This document shows, in pieces, positions 9,756 to 17,386 of a DNA stretch of 64,000 nucleotides. Source of the stretch: an uncultured Gammaproteobacteria bacterium (lineage in GTDB: Bacteria; Patescibacteriota; Patescibacteriia; CAIXNZ01); contig CAZPVP010000004.1 in assembly GCA_964590345.1 (NCBI GenBank), positions 42 through 64,041 of the forward strand. The letters run 5' to 3'. Each line of letters opens with the position of its first letter. Position 1 is the stretch's first letter. Below the pieces are notes generated by a model that saw nothing but the letters and a program-made list of their open reading frames with translations, had not been told where the DNA came from and did no database searches. The position numbers were made by a program, and so were the translations under genes.

Positions 9756-10724
9756 TTGAAAAATATGAATATTCAAGAAATTTACAATTTAGCCGTAAAG
9801 CTCGGTATTGAAAATGATTTGCGCAGCAAAAAAGCCGTTGAAAAAAATTTAAAACGCCAAAAAGAAAAATCTGAAAAATTATCAAAAGAAAAGAAAAAAG
9901 ATTTTGATAAAGAAAAATTGAATAATCCGTATTCAGACACGCGAATTTTATACGAGTCAAAAAAGAAAAAAGAAATAAAAAAGATTATGGTCGGCATAGA
10001 CATGGAAGGTTCCGAATTACTTTTAGCAGACAATTTGAACGTTGACTTGGTAATATCTCATCATCCGGAAGGAGTTGGTTTGGCTTATTTGGCCGAAGTT
10101 ATTGAAATGCAGGCTGAAGTAATGGCAATGTATGGTGTGCCTATTAACGTCGCTGAAAGCTTATTAAAACCCAGAATTTCAGAAGTTTCTCGTGGGGTTT
10201 TAAAGATTAACCACCAGCGTTCAGTTGATATGGCCAAGCTTTTGGATATTAATTTTATGTGCGCCCATACGGTCTGTGATAATATGGTTGCCAATTTTTT
10301 GAAAAAAGAATTTGATAAAAATGAGAAAAACATTGAATATGTTGAGGATGTCATGAAATTATTAAAAGCAATTCCAGAATACGCCGAAGCCACCAAATTG
10401 GGGGCCGGTCCAAGGTTATTTGCCGGCAGTGAAGAAAATCGCGCTGGTAAAATTGCTTTAACCGAAATAACTGGCGGGACAGAAGGATCACCTAAGATTT
10501 ATGAAAGATTGGCGCAGGCAGGTATTGGCACAGTAATCGGCATGCATATGTCAGAAACTCATAAAAAAGCGGCTGAAAAAGCCCATATTAATGCGGTAAT
10601 TGCTGGCCATATCTCTTCTGATTCTATTGGCGTTAATTTGTTTTTGGATCAATTAGAAAAAAAAGGAATGGAAATAATATCTTGTTCTGGTTTGATTAGG
10701 GTTTTACGTAATAGAAAAAAATAG
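9756..10724 (+). CDS. NIF3/NGG1p-interacting factor family protein
   Basis: NPYSDTR, VGIDM, ISHHPEG, AHTVCDN, AGHISSDSIG motifs; ATG at 9765 is the probable start. Confidence 0.8.
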   Translation: MKNMNIQEIYNLAVKLGIENDLRSKKAVEKNLKRQKEKSEKLSKEKKKDFDKEKLNNPYSDTRILYESKKKKEIKKIMVGIDMEGSELLLADNLNVDLVISHHPEGVGLAYLAEVIEMQAEVMAMYGVPINVAESLLKPRISEVSRGVLKINHQRSVDMAKLLDINFMCAHTVCDNMVANFLKKEFDKNEKNIEYVEDVMKLLKAIPEYAEATKLGAGPRLFAGSEENRAGKIALTEITGGTEGSPKIYERLAQAGIGTVIGMHMSETHKKAAEKAHINAVIAGHISSDSIGVNLFLDQLEKKGMEIISCSGLIRVLRNRKK

Positions 10725-10754
10725 ATTATTAATTTTATAATTTTGGAAAAACAA

Positions 10755-10780
10755 ATCACGTCGCTCGCGAGTGACGTGAT
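10755..10780. repeat. Palindromic repeat ATCACGTCGCTCGCGAGTGACGTGAT
   Basis: Near-identical copy at 35972-35997. Confidence 0.6.
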
Positions 10781-10792
10781 AAAAAAGCCCTT

Positions 10793-11278
10793 TTAAAGGG
10801 CTTTGATTGACTGGATGTGATTTTTAGAAATGAGATCGTTAATTATTGTTTTTACTGCCTGAGAAACAAATTTGTTTTTTTGGATCTGCTCTGGTGTTAA
10901 CCAGATTGACTGATAACTTTCATTTTTTGTCCAGCAGATATTTTTTGGTTCTTTTTCTATAAACTTTAAAGAATAAACCCTAATCGGTCTAGGACTTTTA
11001 TCAAGAAATCGGAAAAATAAGAGATCATTGACTTCAACAAAAAATCCGCTTTTTTTATAAATAAATCGCTGTAAATAATTTTTATATTTATCAGCCGTTT
11101 CGGGATCTTCTGCATTAAATTTTTTACAACTGCCGCCAGGCAGATAGATTTTACCTTGAGTATTTTTAACTAGCAGAACTCGATTATTTCCATCCCATAA
11201 AATTCCTAATAAAGTAGTTTTTTTTGCACGCTTATCACGAGTTTTTTTACCTGAGAATGAAGATAATTTCTTTGTCAT
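10793..11278 (-). CDS. NUDIX-fold protein with degenerate Nudix box
   Basis: VLLVK..IYLPGG motif; start reassigned to ATG 11278 preceded by GGAGGTGA. Confidence 0.55.
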   Translation of the reverse strand: MTKKLSSFSGKKTRDKRAKKTTLLGILWDGNNRVLLVKNTQGKIYLPGGSCKKFNAEDPETADKYKNYLQRFIYKKSGFFVEVNDLLFFRFLDKSPRPIRVYSLKFIEKEPKNICWTKNESYQSIWLTPEQIQKNKFVSQAVKTIINDLISKNHIQSIKAL

Positions 11279-11360
11279 TTTGAGTTCACCTCCGTTATAA
11301 AAGAACTTTATTATATTATAGCATGAATTAAGTTTACGGTAATTAATAAAATTTGTCAAC

Positions 11361-12602
11361 ATGGAATTATTGGCACCAGCCGGCAATTTTGCCAAAATGA
11401 AATATGCCATTGAATATGGCGCAGATTCAGTTTATTTGGGTTTGCCCGATTTTAGCTTGCGCGCTAGGATTAATGATTTTACGCCTGGCAAACTTAAAAC
11501 TGCAATTGAGTATGCTCATAAGCGAAAGAAAAAAGTTTATGTGACAGTTAATATTTATGCCCATAACCAGCATTTGGCAAAAGTTGAAAAAGTTTTAAAG
11601 CTTTTAAACCGATTAAAGCCCGATGCCGTCATTATTTCAGATCCGGGTGTTATTGTTTTGGCTAAGAAATATTCAAAAAATATTGACTTGCATCTTTCCA
11701 CGCAAGCTAACTGCACCAATTGGCAGGCAGCTAAATTTTGGTACGGGCAAGGAATTAAACGCATAATTTTAGCCCGAGAATTAAGTTTAAAAGAAATAGC
11801 CGAAACACATAAAAAAGTGCCGAAGCTGGAATTGGAATGCTTTATTCACGGAGCGATGTGTGTTTCTTATTCTGGTCGCTGTTTGCTTTCAGCTTGGTTT
11901 AATCAAAGAAGCGCTAATTTAGGATATTGTTCTCATCCCTGCCGTTGGGATTATAATATGTATATAGAAGAACAGCAGCGTCCCGGTGTTTATGTGCCGA
12001 TTGAAGAAGACCAGCACGGCACTTATATTTTAAGCTCAAAAGATTTGTGTATGTTAAAGTATTTGGATAAATTAGCAAAAGCAGGCGTTAAACATTTTAA
12101 AATTGAAGGCAGGACAAAAAGTATCAGTTATTTGGCGAATGTGGTTAAGATTTATCGTGAGGCAATTGATCTTACGAAATTACGAATCAGTACGAATATA
12201 CGAAAGGCTAAAATAAATAAGCTTTACAAAGAATTACATAAGATTTCTAATCGCGAGTTTACCACGGGCTTTTTCTTTGGCGGGGAAAAAATTCCAATGC
12301 AAAAGTATGACGCACCTTATGTTAGACCTGATTTAGAATTTTGCGGAGAAGTTTTAGAAAGTAAAAAAATAAAAGATACTTGGCAATATAAAATTAAAGT
12401 TCATAATGTTTTAAAAATGGGAGAGCGGGTTGAAGTAATCGTGCCGCAGGGCGAGAATTTTAAAATTAAACTGCCAGAGCTTTACGATTTGGATAAAAAG
12501 GAATATGTAACCGAAGTTCATGGTGGACAAGATAAAGCAGTTTTGATAAATTTAGATAAAGAGATGCCTTTAATGAGTATTTTAAGGAAAAAGAAAAAGT
12601 GA
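11361..12602 (+). CDS. U32 peptidase family protein (TrhP/YegQ-like RNA hydroxylation)
   Basis: MELLAPAG, HLSTQAN, HGAMCVSYSGRCLLS, CSHPCRW, KIEGRTKS. Confidence 0.92.
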   Translation: MELLAPAGNFAKMKYAIEYGADSVYLGLPDFSLRARINDFTPGKLKTAIEYAHKRKKKVYVTVNIYAHNQHLAKVEKVLKLLNRLKPDAVIISDPGVIVLAKKYSKNIDLHLSTQANCTNWQAAKFWYGQGIKRIILARELSLKEIAETHKKVPKLELECFIHGAMCVSYSGRCLLSAWFNQRSANLGYCSHPCRWDYNMYIEEQQRPGVYVPIEEDQHGTYILSSKDLCMLKYLDKLAKAGVKHFKIEGRTKSISYLANVVKIYREAIDLTKLRISTNIRKAKINKLYKELHKISNREFTTGFFFGGEKIPMQKYDAPYVRPDLEFCGEVLESKKIKDTWQYKIKVHNVLKMGERVEVIVPQGENFKIKLPELYDLDKKEYVTEVHGGQDKAVLINLDKEMPLMSILRKKKK

Positions 12603-12721
12603 GGTTATTATCGGCCGCTTTTTTGATCCGCCAACGGCGTGATAGCAGCCGTACGACGGCTAAAGCCGTCGATAATATTTAAGGAACAAGTAGTGTTTTT
12701 TTTAATTTTTTAATAAAGAGA

Positions 12722-12808
12722 GGGCGAAAACGCCCTGAACGCATGGACAGACTTTAGTCTGTTATATAACACTCTAAAGAGTGTCCTCCCAAGCGGGCGT
12801 TTTCGCCC
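12722..12808 (-). repeat. Cloverleaf palindromic repeat, copy 3 (inverted)
   Basis: Reverse complement reads GGAC-ACTCTTTAGAGT-GTTATATAAC-AGACTAAAGTCT-GTCC inside GGGCGAAAACGCCC arms. Confidence 0.7.
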
Positions 12809-12818
12809 AAGAAAAATT

Positions 12819-13394
12819 ATGATTTCATATTTAAAAGGAAAAATTTCATATATCGGGGATAATGATATTGAAGTTATAGTCCAGGATGTTGGTTATAAAG
12901 TTTTTGTAGCTGGCGAGCTTTTTAGTAAAGTAAAAGTTGGACAGGAAGTAGAAGTCTTTTGTTTTCAAAATGTTAAAGAGGATGCTTTGGATCTTTATGG
13001 TTTTGAATCTCGTGACAAATTATACTTATTTGAAAAATTAGTTAGTGTTTCTGGTATTGGGCCAAAAACTGGCTTGGCTGTTTTAGCTTTGGCAACAGTT
13101 AAGGAAATTGAATCAGCTATAATTCGCGGGGATGCTTCAATTTTGACCAAAGTTTCCGGCATTGGTAAAAAAACAGCGGAACGGATTGTTTTAGAATTAA
13201 AAAATAAATTTAAGAAAGGCGCAGAATTGGTTGGCGAACCAAGTACACAATCCCAGGACGTTGACGTAATTGATGGTTTGGTTGGTTTGGGTTATACAGT
13301 TGAAGATGCGAGGCAGGCTTTGAGGCAAATTGATAAAAAAATTGAAGGGAGTGAGGAGAAGATTAAGGCATGTTTGAAGATATTAGGAAAATGA
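12819..13394 (+). CDS. ruvA: Holliday junction branch migration protein RuvA
   Basis: MISYLKGKI, LYGF, VSGIGPKTG, GIGKKTAERIVLELK. Confidence 0.97.
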   Translation: MISYLKGKISYIGDNDIEVIVQDVGYKVFVAGELFSKVKVGQEVEVFCFQNVKEDALDLYGFESRDKLYLFEKLVSVSGIGPKTGLAVLALATVKEIESAIIRGDASILTKVSGIGKKTAERIVLELKNKFKKGAELVGEPSTQSQDVDVIDGLVGLGYTVEDARQALRQIDKKIEGSEEKIKACLKILGK

Positions 13395-13484
13395 TACTAA
13401 TATACAAATTAATTACAAATAATTACAAATTTTTAAGTAATTTATTTATAGCAATTTGTATAATATTCGTAAATTTGTATCACT

Positions 13485-14399
13485 ATGGAAATAAAAGAAA
13501 TCACAAATAAAGAACAGTGGGATGAAAAGATTGGCTCTTTTAAGCAGAGCCAGTTTTTACAATCTTGGGAGTGGGGTGAATTTCAGGAAAATTTAGGCAG
13601 AAAAGTTTGGCGTCTATATTTAGATGGGGATTTTGCTTTAGTTATTAAAATGCCCTTGCCCATGAATAAAAGCTATTTATATATCCCCCGGACATGTGTG
13701 ACCTTTAATGAGGCAAAAATTAAAATTTTGCGCGAGTTAGCTAAACAAGAAAAAAGCATTTTTATAAAAATTGAACCTATTAAGCAAAACTTGTTGGATT
13801 TTGGCCTTAAAAAGGTTAAGTCGTTTCAGCCGCAAAAAACATTAATTTTAGATTTAAGTAAAAGTGAGGAAGAGTTATTGATGGCCATGCATCAGAAAAC
13901 CCGCTATAATATTCGTTTAGCAGATAAAAAAGGCGTTAAGATTAAAGAAGGCAGGAAAAATGATTTTGATGTTTTCTATAATTTAATGTTAAATACTTAT
14001 CAGCGTAAAAATAAAAAACTTTTTTCCAAAGAATATTATCAGAAATTAATCAATAATATCTCTGAAGCAAAAATTTATTTAGCAGAATTTGAAGAAAAAG
14101 TTATTTGTGCGAATTTAATTATGTTTTATGGCGATACAGTTACTTATTTACATGGCGGTTCAGCGCAAGAACATAAAAATGTTATGGCACCGTATTTATT
14201 GCAATGGGAAACAATAAAAAAAGCCAAAGAACTTGGCTATAAATATTATGATTTTTGGGGAATTGAAGAACATTATCTCGGAGTTGCCCGTTTTAAAAAG
14301 GGTTTTGGCGGGATTGAGATTGAATACCCGGGCACATTTGATTTAGTGATGGATAAATTATGGTATTGGGCTTATCAAGTGGTTAAAAAGTTCAAATAA
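13485..14399 (+). CDS. FemABX family peptidoglycan bridge peptidyltransferase
   Basis: FLQSWEWGEF, KTRYNIRLA, YLLQWETIK, YDFWGI, GVARFKKGFGG. Confidence 0.9.
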   Translation: MEIKEITNKEQWDEKIGSFKQSQFLQSWEWGEFQENLGRKVWRLYLDGDFALVIKMPLPMNKSYLYIPRTCVTFNEAKIKILRELAKQEKSIFIKIEPIKQNLLDFGLKKVKSFQPQKTLILDLSKSEEELLMAMHQKTRYNIRLADKKGVKIKEGRKNDFDVFYNLMLNTYQRKNKKLFSKEYYQKLINNISEAKIYLAEFEEKVICANLIMFYGDTVTYLHGGSAQEHKNVMAPYLLQWETIKKAKELGYKYYDFWGIEEHYLGVARFKKGFGGIEIEYPGTFDLVMDKLWYWAYQVVKKFK

Positions 14400-14484
14400 A
14401 AAATTGGTTTTTTGAGGAGTTCACTCTTTAGAGTTTTAAATTAAAAGACTGAAGTCTGAATTTTATTGAGAAAACCAATTTTTT
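14398..14484 (+). repeat. Cloverleaf palindromic repeat, copy 2
   Basis: AATTGGTTTT/AAAACCAATT closing stem around ACTCTTTAGAGT and AGACTGAAGTCT hairpins. Confidence 0.7.
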
Positions 14485-14515
14485 GTTAATTTTAGGTAAA
14501 ATTTACCAAATACTG

Positions 14516-14544
14516 TTGACAAAACAACAAAGATGTGCTATAAT
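14516..14544 (+). promoter_or_regulatory. Consensus sigma70 promoter of the DGR target gene
   Basis: TTGACA-17bp-TATAAT with extended TG. Confidence 0.8.
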
Positions 14545-14624
14545 TTCATATATAATAACGCGTAACTTGTCAACCAAATAACCAAATTTTCAGAATCCCC
14601 TAATGGGAGAAAGGAGAACTGGCG

Positions 14625-15401
14625 ATGAAAAAGAAAGTCGTCATTAGCCAGTCGACAGTGTCGGCCGGGCAACTCAAAGATCTGTTCCGCATGATTGATG
14701 ACGGAACGATCGGCAACGAAGAAATGGGTGCGTTTTTAGCCAGTCCGCGAAAGTTTTCCCAAGGCGGACTAACCACTATCCGGGCCATTAATATACTTGG
14801 CCAAGGCAAAGTCATCACGAACGAACAAGCAGCCAAAGCCTGGAGTGAGGGCGCGGTAAAAAGCGTGGCCATCCGCTACAGCGAAACAACTCTGCGCATA
14901 TGTGCGGAGCAGAACCAAAGCGGCCAGGCGGATTGGCGCTTGGTTTACTGCCACGGGTTTTCTCTGCGCGAACAGCGCGACAAGCGGAGAACAGACCAGA
15001 GCAACCAGCCGTGTTTTTACGGCAATGACTGGTGGCTCAACTCCGTTGAAGACAAGTGGGCGACATACAAACCTCAAGCCGGCTACTATCTCATCAATTT
15101 TTGTGGCCAGTTTGCTAACATGAACTGGAAAACGCAGGAAGCAGAGATCGCCAAACTCGGCAAGGACTATGAACGTTGCCATGAGGCAGTTTTCAGCGAA
15201 GCCATTTTGACCATTTACATGGTTAACAATGGCGAGCGAATTGCCGAGAACTGGTGGCACTGGGGCGTTTCGCTGGCTTCCAATGGCTTCCGAGTCTTTG
15301 TCGGCTATCTCAATTCTAATGGTCTCGATGTCTACTACCACTGGCTTGACTACTCCCTTCACGTCCTGCGCGTCTGCGTTTTTCGGAAGTTTGAAAATTG
15401 A
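14625..15401 (+). CDS. DGR target (variable) protein, probable C-terminal CLec-like fold
   Basis: 3' end contains VR; AGGAG RBS; higher GC than flanking genes; no signal peptide or TM segment seen; fold is inferred. Confidence 0.9.
   Translation: MKKKVVISQSTVSAGQLKDLFRMIDDGTIGNEEMGAFLASPRKFSQGGLTTIRAINILGQGKVITNEQAAKAWSEGAVKSVAIRYSETTLRICAEQNQSGQADWRLVYCHGFSLREQRDKRRTDQSNQPCFYGNDWWLNSVEDKWATYKPQAGYYLINFCGQFANMNWKTQEAEIAKLGKDYERCHEAVFSEAILTIYMVNNGERIAENWWHWGVSLASNGFRVFVGYLNSNGLDVYYHWLDYSLHVLRVCVFRKFEN
15268..15388 (+). repeat. DGR variable repeat (VR)
   Basis: 121-bp ungapped match to TR (offset 513); 19 mismatches, 18 at TR adenines. Confidence 0.97.
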
Positions 15402-15446
15402 CCATTGAACTCTTGACCTTTTTGAATTTTTAAACTTTGAATCTTT

Positions 15447-15490
15447 GTCCCTGTTAGATGAAAAATATCTGGCGGGGACTTTTTTATTTT
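15447..15490 (+). terminator. Hairpin + T-tract downstream of VR (terminator and/or DGR target-recognition hairpin)
   Basis: GTCCCTGTTAGAT...ATCTGGCGGGGAC followed by a T run. Confidence 0.55.
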
Positions 15491-15514
15491 AGCAATTTGA
15501 GTTATAATAAAGCT

Positions 15515-15652
15515 GGACTGCTTGGCTAATGCAGGTTGGGTTACGGCTTAATCTCGCCAAGCCCCTATCTTTAGGGATTGCCAGAGTATCGTATCTTTAC
15601 GGAGTGCGATAGAGTGCAATTAAGGATAGAAAAAGAACTTCTTGCCCGGTTC
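15515..15652 (+). ncRNA. Structured RNA upstream of TR (candidate DGR RNA 5' domain)
   Basis: TATAAT at 15503-15508; two long hairpins each capped by a UACG tetraloop; closing stem GGACTG/CGGTTC. Confidence 0.55.
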
Positions 15653-15780
15653 TGGCGGAGGCATTTTAAATTAATTTTTAGGATTTGCTCTCAAATAAAA
15701 TACAGAAAGAAGAAAATATAAATCACTTAGAGTGATAGTAAATTTCAACTTTCAGTGATCAATGATGGAACTGGGCAAAT

Positions 15781-15901
15781 TTTCGCTGGCTTCCAATGGC
15801 AACCGAGTCAATGTCGGCAATCTCAATACTAATGGTCTCAATGTCAACAATAACTGGAATGACAACTCCAATCAAAACCTGCGCGTCTGCGTTTTTCGGA
15901 A
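15781..15901 (+). repeat. DGR template repeat (TR)
   Basis: AAY-rich (14 AAC/AAT codons in the VR frame), 35 adenines, invariant GC-rich 3' end CTGCGCGTCTGCGTTTTTCGG. Confidence 0.97.
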
Positions 15902-15919
15902 CTTCTTTTTCTCGCCAGT

Positions 15920-16303
15920 CTAAATACCTTCGCCGTTTGCGGAGGTGTTTTCTTTGAGATTTTTAACAGACTTAATCCAGCCGCCCAGCATTCTGCCAAT
16001 TTCATCAATGATCATTTGCAGATTGACATACTTTTTGTTATCAATGGTCTTGACCTCTTTTGCCACCCTTAAAAAAACTCTTAATATGTTTAGTTGGCGA
16101 CTTAACTTTTCCATTTCTAGGAGTTTTTGTCTTTTGGGTAATTGCGCGGCTAAAAGCAGGCAATCAAGCATATCAATTACTGAATTTTCACACTTTTGCC
16201 AGAGGGTAAAGCGATCTTGCTTGGGAATTGATCTGCGGTAAAGATGCAAGACTTTATAAAGATCCACGATTTTTTGATAAATTGGCGCTTCTAAGATTTC
16301 CAT
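15920..16303 (-). CDS. avd: DGR accessory variability determinant Avd (four-helix bundle)
   Basis: PIYQK..DLY, PKQDRFTL, LRVFLRVAKE, EIGRMLGGWIK signature; lies between TR and RT on the opposite strand. Confidence 0.9.
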   Translation of the reverse strand: MEILEAPIYQKIVDLYKVLHLYRRSIPKQDRFTLWQKCENSVIDMLDCLLLAAQLPKRQKLLEMEKLSRQLNILRVFLRVAKEVKTIDNKKYVNLQMIIDEIGRMLGGWIKSVKNLKENTSANGEGI

Positions 16304-17386
16304 ATGAAGGTTTATTATGACTTATTTAATAAAATAATTTCCTTAGAAAATCTTTTTTCTGCCTGGGAGGAATTCAAGAAAGATAAAAGAAAAAAGAAAG
16401 ATGTTTTGTTTTTTGAGTGGAATTTGGAGCGTAACATTTTTAAACTGCGTGAGGAATTAGCATTAAAAATTTATAAGCATAGCCCTTATAGTTCATTTTA
16501 CATTAATGATCCCAAACAAAGGCATATTTACAAAGCAGAAGTCAGGGATAGAGTTTTGCATCATGCAATTTTTTCTGTTCTAAATCCGGTTTTTGAAGCA
16601 ACTTTTATCCCGAATTCCTTCTCTTGCCGTATTGGTAGGGGTACGCATAAAGGAGTGGAAGCTTTAGCTAAAATACTGTGCCAAGTCAGCGGCAACGGAC
16701 ATAATCCATGCTTTGCCCTGAAATGCGATATTAAAAAGTTTTTTGATACAGTGAATCATAAAATTTTACTGGAAATCATTGACCGTAAAATTAAAGACAA
16801 TAATGCAATTTGGCTGTTAAAAGAAATTATTGAAAGCTATTACACTAATTATTCCACTTTATTCAATAAGCGTGGTATTCCTATTGGTAATTTGACCTCT
16901 CAACTATTTGCCAATCTTTACCTTAACGAGCTTGACCAATATGTGAAGCACGATTTAAAAGTAAAATTTTATGTCCGCTACACTGATGATTTTGTCATAG
17001 TTGCGGACCACGAATCTTATTTGAAGAATATAATTTTGTTGATTAAAAAATTTTTAAATGATAACCTTGATTTAAATTTACATCCGAATAAAATAAGCAT
17101 CCGCAAATTTTCGCAGGGCATTGATTTTTTAGGCTATATTTTAAGACCGCATCACCGGCTGATCAGAACTAAAACAAAAAAGCGAATTTTCAAGAAAATC
17201 CGTTTGAGAATTATGGAATACAGAAGGGGAATAGTCAGAGAAGAAAAATTAGAACAATCATTACATTCTTATCTTGGAGTGCTCTCGCATGCTACCGCTC
17301 ATAATTTAAGCGAAAGATTAAAAAATGAATTTTTTTTATTCCTCTTGAACCAAACCTTTGCCTTTGGCCAGAGGATCATTATCTAA
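16304..17386 (+). CDS. DGR reverse transcriptase
   Basis: RDRVLHHA, KCDIKKFF, GIPIGNLTSQLFANLYL (DGR-type SQ motif), YVRYTDDF, GIDFLGY; no maturase or endonuclease tail. Confidence 0.96.
   Translation: MKVYYDLFNKIISLENLFSAWEEFKKDKRKKKDVLFFEWNLERNIFKLREELALKIYKHSPYSSFYINDPKQRHIYKAEVRDRVLHHAIFSVLNPVFEATFIPNSFSCRIGRGTHKGVEALAKILCQVSGNGHNPCFALKCDIKKFFDTVNHKILLEIIDRKIKDNNAIWLLKEIIESYYTNYSTLFNKRGIPIGNLTSQLFANLYLNELDQYVKHDLKVKFYVRYTDDFVIVADHESYLKNIILLIKKFLNDNLDLNLHPNKISIRKFSQGIDFLGYILRPHHRLIRTKTKKRIFKKIRLRIMEYRRGIVREEKLEQSLHSYLGVLSHATAHNLSERLKNEFFLFLLNQTFAFGQRIII

Larger units (their letters stand above)
14625..17386 (+). mobile_element. Diversity-generating retroelement (target-VR, TR, inverted avd, RT)
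   Basis: VR/TR pair with adenine-specific mismatches, Avd-like protein and DGR-class RT within 2.8 kb. Confidence 0.97.

Noticed and set aside
14769-15362. 197-aa antisense ORF over the DGR target
   Set aside because: No recognisable motif; explained by the higher GC and codon pattern of the sense gene
16304-17386. RT as group II intron, retron or Abi RT
   Set aside because: The adjacent TR/VR pair with A-specific mismatches, Avd and the SQ motif identify a DGR RT; no intron domain V/VI or retron VTG motif seen
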